A stretch of DNA of 64,000 nucleotides from an uncultured Nitrososphaerota archaeon (GTDB lineage Archaea > Thermoproteota > Nitrososphaeria > Nitrososphaerales > Gagatemarchaeaceae): the NCBI GenBank assembly GCA_963718895.1, contig CAVRAG010000008.1, positions 1,312,001 through 1,376,000 on the forward strand, in the 5' to 3' direction. Positions within the stretch are counted from its first letter, which is position 1; each line of letters begins with the position of its first letter. The notes beneath the pieces were generated by a model that did not search any database, had not been told where the DNA came from, and was given only the letters and a program-made list of their open reading frames with translations. A program made the position numbers and the translations under genes. Shown here piece by piece: positions 28,495 through 37,594 of this stretch.

Positions 28495-29837
28495 TCAATT
28501 TCTACATCCGCAGTTTTTTTGGCGCGACTTCGTGCCATTTAGTACCTCTAACAATATGGTACTAATCACGCCATTGAAATCAAGGAAAGAGATGATTGCG
28601 TAGCCACAAGTTACGCTACTATTCCATCGAAAATCCTGTCTCAACTTCTTGGCAAGGTCAAGAAGCTCGGACAATGCTAAGCTCGAAATCTTCTCTATTC
28701 CGTGTCGAAATCATTCGTGCCTGTATCGAGGTTCTATTGTCGAGCGTGTATAGATTCCTTGCCACCTTTCGAAGGTTCCTCAATAACCAGGTTTCGCAAA
28801 CCCAGGCATTTCACTCCACATAGATATGCTATCTCTGAGCCAATTCTTCCTTGATCATAGATGGAACCCATTTTAAGCATCGTCCGTTCAAGCGTTCTCT
28901 TGACTTTGATGTCATCGATTATCAACGCTTTTGAGTACACTCCTTGCACTAGGTTTAGGTATCTCCCGGAATAATTTCTGGTCTGACCTATTCCATACAC
29001 TTCCTCGGAAGGGGGTCGGATATAGCATGTCGACATTGCCCCTTGTCGTCCATAACGAAATGTGAGCCTAAATCCGTCAAAGGATATCAGATTCACGCTT
29101 TCACACCCGGCACCCCTGTCAATTTGAAACTGCGGCAGCTTCAACCCATCATGACGGATTCTCAGCTTCCACTTTCTGCCGATGTAATCGACGAGACTAA
29201 ACTGAAGGTAGACACCCTTATTCTGGTTACTCGGTCCGGGGTATCTATCCACAGAACCTCTCACAACGAAATCCGCGACATCAACAAGAGGATGATCCTG
29301 AACGAATTCAATTTGTAACTCACCATCATCATGAGCTGATACAGATTTGGCCACCACTCTATCAGCTACCCATCTCGTGAAATCTAGATTTGCAAGTTCG
29401 AAGCTTGGAATACCAGCAATGAACGACTTAAGCGGCAGAAGTTCGAGGGATATCCTCGCTTGCTGTCCTGGACTTAGACGATTCCTCGAGAGCACCGGTC
29501 TGAACTCACGACCTCCTCTGTACAAATGATAACTGGAGAAGGAGCCGTCTTGGAGGTATGTAGTAATCTTGAAGGCGAGTATCTGATTTGACGGTGTGAC
29601 GATATGGTCCACACTCTCTGATTTGAAGTAAAGGCCAAGTTCTTGCGCTGAAATGTAGGTTCTGCCATCACGGCCTATTCTTATGGACTTGCATTTCGCA
29701 TAGGTGCTATCATCTTGGGATCCAGTCTCGCCTTGAGCCAGAAAATGAGACTCTACAGGAGGTTCTGGAGCAGTCGGAACCGGGGCATGTATTCCATTCT
29801 TAAGTGCCTCAGGTATGAGCGAAGAATCTTCGTTCAT
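28495..29837 (-). CDS. Low-GC hypothetical protein with C-terminal restriction-endonuclease-like motif; two frameshifts (~28755, ~28675)
   Basis: Reconstructed GRIGSEIA...GGKDLYTLDNRTSIQAR...KKLRQDF...GYAIISF. Confidence 0.5.
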
Positions 29838-30080
29838 CGTAACATCAAAAGTGAAATCGTATAGAAGGACCAACTACGAACGGCGACATCGATGGCAGAA
29901 GGCGATTAGGAGCGTTAGAGGGAAGGCAATGCGGAGGCCAGATGGATTGAAAGAAGAGCGGGGGACATGAGACAGATGGCGAACCTCGCGAAGTGTCCTC
30001 TAGGTGTGTCAGATACTGAGATTACCAGTCAGAAACTATTGAGCGTGAACTGGTACGTTTCTTTTCGAATAAATACCTGC

Positions 30081-30192
30081 GCGTCTTGCCAGAATCGAAC
30101 GCGCGTCCTGGAATGCCAAGACATTCGACCGTCTCATCGCGTCCGGTTTTGGCAGGACATTTCTCCTTTCATGTCTTGTGTTTTCAAGACAT
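30081..30192. repeat. Array of four 22-bp palindromic sites RYGTCYTG-N6-CARGACAT
   Basis: 30081 GCGTCTTG-CCAGAA-TCGAACGC; 30103 GCGTCCTG-GAATGC-CAAGACAT; 30139 GCGTCCGG-TTTTGG-CAGGACAT; 30171 ATGTCTTG-TGTTTT-CAAGACAT. Confidence 0.7.
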
Positions 30193-30726
30193 CTAGGTTT
30201 TTCTCCAAATGAAAAGAATTACAAGTCCACCCAAATAATTATGGGATTATTTGTTTAATTGACGCAACTTTTGAACTGCCGAAACTATGCTCTGTTTGGG
30301 AGGGGGTCACGCGTCCGAATCGCGTCACCGACTCTCATCACTCGATACCTCGCTGGTCATTCCCGTACAACTCACGGCGGGTCCTGGTGTTCGATGCTTT
30401 CGGGAAACCTTTCTCACCCGGCGAGAGCTCAGACGTTTGGTGATTCCTCCAAGTTGTCACCGAGCCACTTTCCCATGTAATCCACAGTTGTCCAACCTTT
30501 ACCATTCCTTACAAACTCGGGCAAAAATCTGCAGATGGGGGCTAGCGCGAAGAGCTCCCAGCTGGGAACCAGACTCCGTTCGGACAAAACTATTAATCAT
30601 AAAAATCGGGCCTCCGGTCGTGATGTAGGTGGACCACCCTGTGAAGCCCCGGAGGCTGAGCGCCATAGAGGACTCTATGGCTAGGCATTCTGGGTTCGTC
30701 CCATCAGGCAAGAACGAAAAAGGGTC

Positions 30727-32175
30727 ATGCCAGTTCTAGCACGCCTGACACTCGTCAGGTCACGGTTCACGGCGGGGCTGATGATATTCCTCTTAGCGTT
30801 TCTCTTCTACCTGCTGACGTTGAACTCTGTCTGGGCCACAGACCACGCGACCAGCTTTCTGCAGCTGGACTGGTCAATCTGGACCAATCATATCCTTGTG
30901 CTGGGGAGCGGTAGCGGCTTCCAGCCGAACTCCGTGGACGACTTCCTCTTCAAGGGGAACTACTACAGCGCCCTGGCCCCGGGTACGGCCATCCTCGCGC
31001 TTCCGTTCGCCGGCGTGGGCTTCATGCTGGACGGCCACTTCACGGTCTTCGGATACGCGCTGGAGTCCTCCGAGGTCTTCGTCGCCCTGGTCAACGCACT
31101 GGCCGCCTACCTTGTCTACGCCGTTGGGAGGCTCTTCTTCAGCAAGAAGACCTCGGCCTTCCTCGCGTTCGTCTACGCATTCTCGACCATCAGCTGGCCC
31201 TTCGCCACGTACTTCTTCCAGAGCGACGTCACGGCCATGTTCGACCTGCTCGCGGTCTACTTCACGATCCGCGTCACTCGAAGCACCGAGGGGAGGCTTC
31301 GCGACGCCATCCTCTCAGGTATCTCGGTGGCCGCGGCGCTGACGACGGACTACGTGAGCGCCATACTCATTCCAATCCTCGCTGGATACTTCATCTTCTC
31401 GCTTCGTGGGGGAGGGCGACCGTTCGCGAGAATCGCCGTCGGCTTCCTCCTGGCCTCCCTCTTCGGGATCCTGCTCCTGGGGCTGTACAACGAGGCGATC
31501 TTCGGCACCGCCTTCCACACGACGGAGCAGGTCTACCTCAACAGCTCGACGCCGTTCGGAGAGTTCTCCACCCCCATCTACCAGGGTGTCTTCCTGAACC
31601 TGTTCTCCCCGCTCAGGGGATTGTTCGTCTACTCGATCTTCCTTATCCTCGGGGTCTTCGGACTGGCTGGGATGCTGGAGGAGAAGAGACACAGACCTGA
31701 GGCGGTCCTGCTGCTGGCGTGCTTTCTCGGCATCTTCCTCCCCTACTCGGCCTGGTACGACCCCGTGGGTGGTGCGGCGTTTGGTCCCCGCTTCCTCGTA
31801 TCGGCAATCCCGTTCTTGTTGATTCCCGCCGGGCTGGTCATGGAAGAAGGAAGCCGGAGGACCCGCATAGCCGCGTTCCATCTCTACGCGGCGGGAGTCA
31901 TCATCAACGGAATCGCGGGCGTGACTGAGGCGATCTCCCCCACGACAAACTGGGGGCTGTCACCCTTCCTGAGCTTCACACTTCCTAACTTTCTGCAGGG
32001 GGAACTCGACGACTGGTGGCTCAAGTTCGTCGGACAGTACTGGCCAATCCCGGCGGTGCTCCTGATAGCCGCGGCAATCGCACTCCCCCTGATCTCGAAC
32101 CGCCTCCTGTCGAAGGGCCAGAATGAGCGAGGCGGCGTCACGGAGCCTCCTGAGGGAGGACTTGAGGGCACCTAG
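30727..32175 (+). CDS. GT-C fold (PMT-like) integral membrane glycosyltransferase
   Basis: Multi-TM; YYSALAPG, FSTISWPFA, SPLRGLFVYS, FGPRFL. Confidence 0.75.
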   Translation: MPVLARLTLVRSRFTAGLMIFLLAFLFYLLTLNSVWATDHATSFLQLDWSIWTNHILVLGSGSGFQPNSVDDFLFKGNYYSALAPGTAILALPFAGVGFMLDGHFTVFGYALESSEVFVALVNALAAYLVYAVGRLFFSKKTSAFLAFVYAFSTISWPFATYFFQSDVTAMFDLLAVYFTIRVTRSTEGRLRDAILSGISVAAALTTDYVSAILIPILAGYFIFSLRGGGRPFARIAVGFLLASLFGILLLGLYNEAIFGTAFHTTEQVYLNSSTPFGEFSTPIYQGVFLNLFSPLRGLFVYSIFLILGVFGLAGMLEEKRHRPEAVLLLACFLGIFLPYSAWYDPVGGAAFGPRFLVSAIPFLLIPAGLVMEEGSRRTRIAAFHLYAAGVIINGIAGVTEAISPTTNWGLSPFLSFTLPNFLQGELDDWWLKFVGQYWPIPAVLLIAAAIALPLISNRLLSKGQNERGGVTEPPEGGLEGT

Positions 32176-32202
32176 ACGACGGTTTCGTCACACCGCGCCA
32201 TT

Positions 32203-32370
32203 CTAGTAGCCGATCTCGGAGCTCGGTCTCAGGTGCCGCATCGACTTGACACGTCCGCACTTCATGCACTTGTAGTTGCCTCTTCCCCGCGGGTTGTACC
32301 TCCTCGTGTCCACTACGAGCTCGTGTTCCGTCCTCATCATGCACCTCTCGCAGTACCTGTTCTCGACCAA
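32203..32370 (-). CDS. Small zinc-finger protein (55 aa)
   Basis: MVENRYCERCMMRTEHELVVDTRRYNPRGRGNYKCMKCGRVKSMRHLRPSSEIGY; TATA-like TTTATATA upstream. Confidence 0.75.
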   Translation of the reverse strand: MVENRYCERCMMRTEHELVVDTRRYNPRGRGNYKCMKCGRVKSMRHLRPSSEIGY

Positions 32371-32525
32371 CGCGGGTTGTCCCTGTCGGGTTGGTTCATC
32401 GTATATAAAGCACGGGGGCCGCGTTCAAGGAACCCGGAGCCGACACGAGGCGGGTAGGGGGACCGCATGAGAACAGGAGCGCCCAACGCTTAAAGCCTGA
32501 CGTCCGAGCGGGCGGAAGAGGGATT

Positions 32526-32912
32526 ATGTCACAGCCTCTTGAGATTACAATCGAGCCCTACAGGAAGATCGTGATCCACGAGATTGTCGAGATCGCCTTC
32601 AACGACCTGATAGACCATATGATTCACCAGACCAACTCGGTCGGAGGTTCGACCATCCCCGTGCTCCCCTGGTGCAACGGAGTCGCCTTCCAGATCGTCC
32701 CTTTCAACCCAAACAGCGAGGAGATAATCAAGGAGAGCCTCAAGGGAACGATCCACTACTCGTCGGTTACGTTCGCCGTGAAGGACGTCTTCGAACGCGA
32801 GATCATCCGCCCTTCCGGGACCGTGACCCTGTTGAACCAGAACGCCAACGCCAACTACCTCGCTCTCGCCGAGACGCTCAAGATGGCAAGGATGCACCCT
32901 GACCGTCGATAG
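32526..32912 (+). CDS. Conserved archaeal hypothetical protein
   Basis: 128-aa ORF with host-like codon usage; IEPYRKIVIHE, WCNGVAF. Confidence 0.75.
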   Translation: MSQPLEITIEPYRKIVIHEIVEIAFNDLIDHMIHQTNSVGGSTIPVLPWCNGVAFQIVPFNPNSEEIIKESLKGTIHYSSVTFAVKDVFEREIIRPSGTVTLLNQNANANYLALAETLKMARMHPDRR

Positions 32913-32967
32913 ACCGAACTCAGGTCCAAGTAAGACATAAATACTAAATCCAGATTCCGCACCTATT

Positions 32968-33315
32968 ATGCAAGAGGTACTACCCATCGTCCAGTTCAGC
33001 ACCCCAGCCAGGGAGAAGTTGAAGGAAGCACTGAAGGAGCAGAACACCTCGGACGCATTCCTAAGGATAGATGTTTACGCGACGGGTGGTTGCGCTTGCA
33101 GCGGCGGCTACAAGTATGGCATGGGCCTGGAGGACAAGGCGAGGCCGGACGACGTCATGGAGCAGATCGAGGACATCAAGGTCGTAACTGACAAGAACAA
33201 CGTCGAGATTCTCAGGGGCTCCAAGATCGACTACTCCGAGACCGTCCAGAGAAGGGGCTTCAGAATCATCAACCCGAACGTCCAGGCGGGCGGATGCGGT
33301 TGCGGCGGCCACTGA
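32968..33315 (+). CDS. IscA/HesB-family Fe-S carrier protein
   Basis: GGCACSGGYKY, GSKIDY, GFRIINPN..CGCG. Confidence 0.9.
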   Translation: MQEVLPIVQFSTPAREKLKEALKEQNTSDAFLRIDVYATGGCACSGGYKYGMGLEDKARPDDVMEQIEDIKVVTDKNNVEILRGSKIDYSETVQRRGFRIINPNVQAGGCGCGGH

Positions 33316-33390
33316 CCGACTAGATACGTCAACTCAGCTCGCCCCGGAGGAGCATCCAGACTGCATCCCTCCGGCATCAGGCCGCGGGGT

Positions 33391-34710
33391 TCAGCGGCTC
33401 TTCGATGAAGAGCCCACGAGCTTCTTCATGTCCAGTATCCGGCCGACCTCCCTGTCGCTGTATCCCATCTCCTTCAGTGCGTCCCTTATCGAGTACTCGC
33501 GCGAGAGCTTCTTCCCGATGGCCGAGGCCTTGTCGTAGCCCACCGCTGGCGAGATGACGGTTATCAGCGACGGGCTCCTCTCTGCGTACGACCTGAGCCG
33601 GGCCTTGTTCGGCACCACGTCGGCCAGCACGAGAGAGGAGACCTTCCTGAGAGCCTCTGAGAGAAGCTTGAGCTGCAGGTTCACGTTGTACCCCATCAGC
33701 GGGACGCCCATGCTGAGCTCGAACTCACCGAGCATGCCCGCGAGCTGGTTGGCCTGGTCGAGGCCGTACACCTGCGAGCAGACGAGAAGCGCCGCCTCGA
33801 GGGTGACCGGGTTCGTCTTCCCCGGCATTATGCTGCTTCCGGCGACCTCGTTCTGTCGTGGCAGGTCTATCTCTCCGAGCCCCGTGAGCGGCCCGGAGAA
33901 CATGAGCCTGAGGTCCTGACAGAGCCTGTACAGGTCGAGCGCCGTGACCCTGAGCGCTGAGCTGAGCGCGACGAGGTCCGAGAGGAGCCTCATGGCGCGG
34001 AACCTGTTGCCTGCTTCCGAGAATCCGAGGCCCGTCGCCTTGTTCAATCCGCCCACGACCAGCTTCCCGAAGCGAGGGCTCGTGTTAATCCCGGTCCCTA
34101 CCGCCGTTCCGCCGAGGGGAAGCTCCCTGACATACCTCAGGGCGCCTGAGACGAGGTGCCTGTCGTGGGCGAACGCGTCGGCGTACGCCCCGAACTCCTG
34201 ACCCATCGTGACGGGCATCGCGTCTCTCAGGTGGGTCCTCCCGGACTTGTAGACCGAGGAGGTCTTCTCGGCGAGGCCGGTGAGGCTTCTTGAGATTAGG
34301 CCCATGCTCGGGAGCAGCTCCCTGTGTGCGACCGAAACGGCCGCCACACGGATGGCTGTGGGGACCACGTCGTTCGAAGACTGGCCCATGTTCACATGGT
34401 CGTTGGGATGGACCTTCAACCCGGAGGTCTCCGACGCCCGCTCGGCGATCACCTCGTTGACGTTCATGTTGATGCCTGTGCCGGAGCCCGTCTGGAAGAC
34501 GTCGACCGTCATCCTGCCGTCGAACTTCCCGCCCATGACCTCGCCCGCGGCGGCGGCGATTGCCCCGGAGGTTCCGGCGTCGAGCTTGCCGAGGGACTGG
34601 TTCGCGCCCGCAGAGAGTTGCTTGATCAGGGCCACGGACCAGACTATCTCTTTGGGGAAGGTCGTGCCCGTGCGCATGAAGAGCTTCTCGGCGCCCTCCA
34701 CGTACTTCAT
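33391..34710 (-). CDS. fumC: Class II fumarate hydratase
   Basis: QTGSGT, HPNDHVNMGQSSND, GRTHLRDA, GSSIMPGKTNP. Confidence 0.93.
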   Translation of the reverse strand: MKYVEGAEKLFMRTGTTFPKEIVWSVALIKQLSAGANQSLGKLDAGTSGAIAAAAGEVMGGKFDGRMTVDVFQTGSGTGINMNVNEVIAERASETSGLKVHPNDHVNMGQSSNDVVPTAIRVAAVSVAHRELLPSMGLISRSLTGLAEKTSSVYKSGRTHLRDAMPVTMGQEFGAYADAFAHDRHLVSGALRYVRELPLGGTAVGTGINTSPRFGKLVVGGLNKATGLGFSEAGNRFRAMRLLSDLVALSSALRVTALDLYRLCQDLRLMFSGPLTGLGEIDLPRQNEVAGSSIMPGKTNPVTLEAALLVCSQVYGLDQANQLAGMLGEFELSMGVPLMGYNVNLQLKLLSEALRKVSSLVLADVVPNKARLRSYAERSPSLITVISPAVGYDKASAIGKKLSREYSIRDALKEMGYSDREVGRILDMKKLVGSSSKSR

Positions 34711-34756
34711 GCCAAGGTCGACCGCGTCTGCCTTTCTTAAGGCTTGGGAGGTGGGG

Positions 34757-35254
34757 TCATCGTCTCTGCCGGACGCCTATCTTCTCGATGAGACGGCCGA
34801 GCTCGGAGTCGTCGACCGCGTCGACCCGCAGGTACTTCAGAATCTCGTCCTCGCTCATCTGGAGCCGCTTCGCTTCGTCGATGGTGTACCGGTACGCCTC
34901 AATCTCGGTCGGCCTATCGACGTACTCGAAGGTCTGGTCGTAGAGGTCGCGGCCGTCGAGGAACTGCTTGACGTGGACCAGGACGTGGATGACATCGAGG
35001 TAGAGACAGTTGATCCTCGCAGAGGCCAGGTACTTCGATCCTATGCAGACCGAGCCTGTGTTGTGGTCGAGCCAGATGCCCCAGTCCGAGTCTACTATCC
35101 CCAGCTTAAGGTGATGGATTATCTTGAGCATGCTCCTCTGAGAACCGAAGAGCCTAAGAAGGGTTGGCGAGTTCTCAACGCCGATGAATATCTGGGTGAA
35201 CTTGTACTCTCCCAGACCGACGTTTCTCTTCGCCTTGAAGACCTTGAGGGGCAA
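34757..35254 (-). CDS. Zincin-like hypothetical protein with HVxxH motif
   Basis: LDVIHVLVHVKQF...DRPTEIEAY; start inferred at TTG 35254. Confidence 0.7.
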   Translation of the reverse strand: MPLKVFKAKRNVGLGEYKFTQIFIGVENSPTLLRLFGSQRSMLKIIHHLKLGIVDSDWGIWLDHNTGSVCIGSKYLASARINCLYLDVIHVLVHVKQFLDGRDLYDQTFEYVDRPTEIEAYRYTIDEAKRLQMSEDEILKYLRVDAVDDSELGRLIEKIGVRQRR

Positions 35255-35346
35255 GCTAAGGGAAGAGCGACCGTTTGCAATCAAAAGACCGGAACTCAAA
35301 AACTCTTCACTCCTTACACCCGAAATCGCAACAAGGGGCCCGACGA

Positions 35347-36648
35347 ATGACCGTTGCCACAATTAGCGGGATACGGGGGATCTACAACGGGGACCTCCTG
35401 CCGGCAGACGTAGCCGAGTACGCGAGGAACTTCTCTTCGCTGGTGGCCTCGCCTGAGGTCCTGGTCGGCAGGGACACCCGGTTCACGGGCGACCTCATCT
35501 CGAGGGTAGTCAAGGGCGCGATGCTGGATGCCGGGAAGAGCGTCATCGACTACGGCGTGATCTCCACCCCCGCTCTCTTTAGGGAAAGCAGGGTGAAGGA
35601 GAGGGGCGCCGTGATGATAACGGCATCCCACAACGAACCGGAGTGGAACGGCATGAAGTTTGTCCTGAACGGACGGGGGGTGGTCCAGGCAGAATTCGAC
35701 CGGATCGTCAGGCACGGGAGGGACCGCCCACGCGGCTCGGGGCCGGCGACCGTGCGGCGCGGCCCGACCCCTTCGTACGCAGGGGAGCTGGTGAAGAAGT
35801 CCGGTGAGGGGTCCTGTGATGGAGTGAAGGTGGCGGTCGACCTGAACGGCGGCTCTGCGATAGCCCACGCCCCCGCGATACTGCGGGCACTCGGGTGCGA
35901 CCTGTCGGTGCTGGGCGGGACGCCGGGGCTCTTCAGCAGGAAGATAGATCCGACCAATGACGACCTGGTGCTACTCTCCAAGACGGTGAGAGACAGGGGC
36001 TGCGACGTGGGGTTCGCCTTCGATTGTGATGGAGACAGGCTCGTCCTTGTCGACAACGCCGGGAGGAACAGGACGGGGGACTACATGCTCACTCTCGCCA
36101 TGAAGGAGACACTCCCCGGGCTCCGGGACCGCTCGGTCGTCGTCTCGGCGGATACCACTCAGGCCATCGATGACGTCGTCTCGGAACTCGGCGGGAAGAC
36201 CCACAGGTCCAGAGTGGGAGAGGCGAACGTGATATCGAAGATGATGGAGGAGCACGTGGAGATTGGTGGTGAGGGGAGCAGCGGGGGCATGATCGACGGC
36301 CGGTTCAACCTCTGCAGGGACTCGATGCTGGCCGCGATCACGATAGTCGGAGCAATCAAGAGGAGGGGCCCCAGGGTCCTGGATCAGGTCCCTTCCTATC
36401 ACCAGGTGAGACTGAGGGTCGAAATGGAGAGGAAGAAGGCACTCGTGGCCATCAAGAAACTACGAGCGCAGAATCCCGAGGCCGACATGCTCGACGGCAT
36501 CAAGATCAAGGTCTCGAACCGCTCGTGGGTCCTGATCAGGGCTTCAGGGACCGAGGACGTAGTCAGGGTCTCGACCGAGTCACCGTCTGCGAAGGAGGCC
36601 CAGCAGTTGGCGGACTCGTACATCGAGAGGGTCAGGAGGCTCGCCTAG
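35347..36648 (+). CDS. Phosphohexomutase (PMM/PGM family)
   Basis: ISGIRG, ITASHN, FDCDGDR, GGEGS, IRASGTE. Confidence 0.92.
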   Translation: MTVATISGIRGIYNGDLLPADVAEYARNFSSLVASPEVLVGRDTRFTGDLISRVVKGAMLDAGKSVIDYGVISTPALFRESRVKERGAVMITASHNEPEWNGMKFVLNGRGVVQAEFDRIVRHGRDRPRGSGPATVRRGPTPSYAGELVKKSGEGSCDGVKVAVDLNGGSAIAHAPAILRALGCDLSVLGGTPGLFSRKIDPTNDDLVLLSKTVRDRGCDVGFAFDCDGDRLVLVDNAGRNRTGDYMLTLAMKETLPGLRDRSVVVSADTTQAIDDVVSELGGKTHRSRVGEANVISKMMEEHVEIGGEGSSGGMIDGRFNLCRDSMLAAITIVGAIKRRGPRVLDQVPSYHQVRLRVEMERKKALVAIKKLRAQNPEADMLDGIKIKVSNRSWVLIRASGTEDVVRVSTESPSAKEAQQLADSYIERVRRLA

Positions 36649-36649
36649 G

Positions 36650-37594
36650 ATGAACGAGTATGATATCATAGACCTCCTGACGAAGACCGCGGGAAGGCTG
36701 CCCCCAGGTTACTCCCCGATAGGGGATGATGTCGCGGCCCTTCCCAGCTCGCCAGGGAGGCTCGTCCTCAAGGCGGACATGCTCGTGGGACGAACCGACG
36801 TGCCGCCCGGGATGACCTGGAGGCAGGCTGCCCGGAAAGCCGTGGCGATGTGCGTTAGCGACTTCGCCTCGAAGGGGGTCATGCCGCAGGCACTGATGGT
36901 ATCCTTGGGGATACCGCGCAGCCTGGACGAGAAGGGCGTCCGGGCCCTGGCCCGCGGCTTTCAGGACGGGATGGGAGAGTGGTCCCTTCATCTCGTGGGT
37001 GGTGACACGAACGAGGCAGACGATGTGATAATCGACTGCGTCCTTGCCGGCTTCGCCGACCGTGTCGTCGAGAGGAGCGGGGCGAGTCCCGGCGAGTTAG
37101 TGGTCGTCACGGGCGAGTTCGGAACGACCTCTGCGGGGCTGAAGATCCTTCTCGAGGGGGCGCGCTCCGCTCCTGGATTCAGGGAGCTGGCGCTCAAGAA
37201 CGTCTACAGGCCCTCGCCGAGGCTGGAGTGCGGGCTCGCGCTCCGAGGCTGCCTCTCGGCCGCGATGGACTCGAGCGACGGACTGGCGATCTGTCTGCAC
37301 ACCATCGCCGAAGCCAGCGAGGTCGGGATGAGGATAGACCGGCTGCCCTACAGGCGGCAGCTGGAAGGGTTCGCCTCTGAGAACCGCTACCGGGTCGACG
37401 AACTCGTGCTGTATGGCGGCGAGGAGTACGAGATAGTGGGGACAGTTCCCAAGACGAAGATCGGCGAGGCGGAGGCCGAGGCGAAGGCCACAGGCTCTCG
37501 TATCATGGTGATAGGAGAGACGACGGGGGGCAGGAGGGTCGTCATGGCTGACGGAAGCGCTATTGAGAAACGTGGCTGGATCCAGCTCAGCTAG
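36650..37594 (+). CDS. thiL: Thiamine-monophosphate kinase
   Basis: IGDDVA, SDFASKG, VGGDT, MDSSDGL, GGEEYE. Confidence 0.93.
   Translation: MNEYDIIDLLTKTAGRLPPGYSPIGDDVAALPSSPGRLVLKADMLVGRTDVPPGMTWRQAARKAVAMCVSDFASKGVMPQALMVSLGIPRSLDEKGVRALARGFQDGMGEWSLHLVGGDTNEADDVIIDCVLAGFADRVVERSGASPGELVVVTGEFGTTSAGLKILLEGARSAPGFRELALKNVYRPSPRLECGLALRGCLSAAMDSSDGLAICLHTIAEASEVGMRIDRLPYRRQLEGFASENRYRVDELVLYGGEEYEIVGTVPKTKIGEAEAEAKATGSRIMVIGETTGGRRVVMADGSAIEKRGWIQLS

Noticed and set aside
30081-30192. CRISPR array
   Set aside because: Units are degenerate palindromes separated by 0-14 nt, with no unique 30-40 nt spacers and no cas genes. No CRISPR was seen anywhere in the window.
28492-30700. Second integrated element with att in tRNA-Thr
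   Set aside because: No copy of the tRNA-Thr 3' end and no integrase found downstream; reported only as a low-GC island.
34280-35350. Long antisense or overlapping ORFs (e.g. 34280-35350 +, 51694-52674 -, 18075-18947 -, 48289-49143 -)
   Set aside because: Shadow frames of well-supported genes in high-GC DNA, with no motifs.
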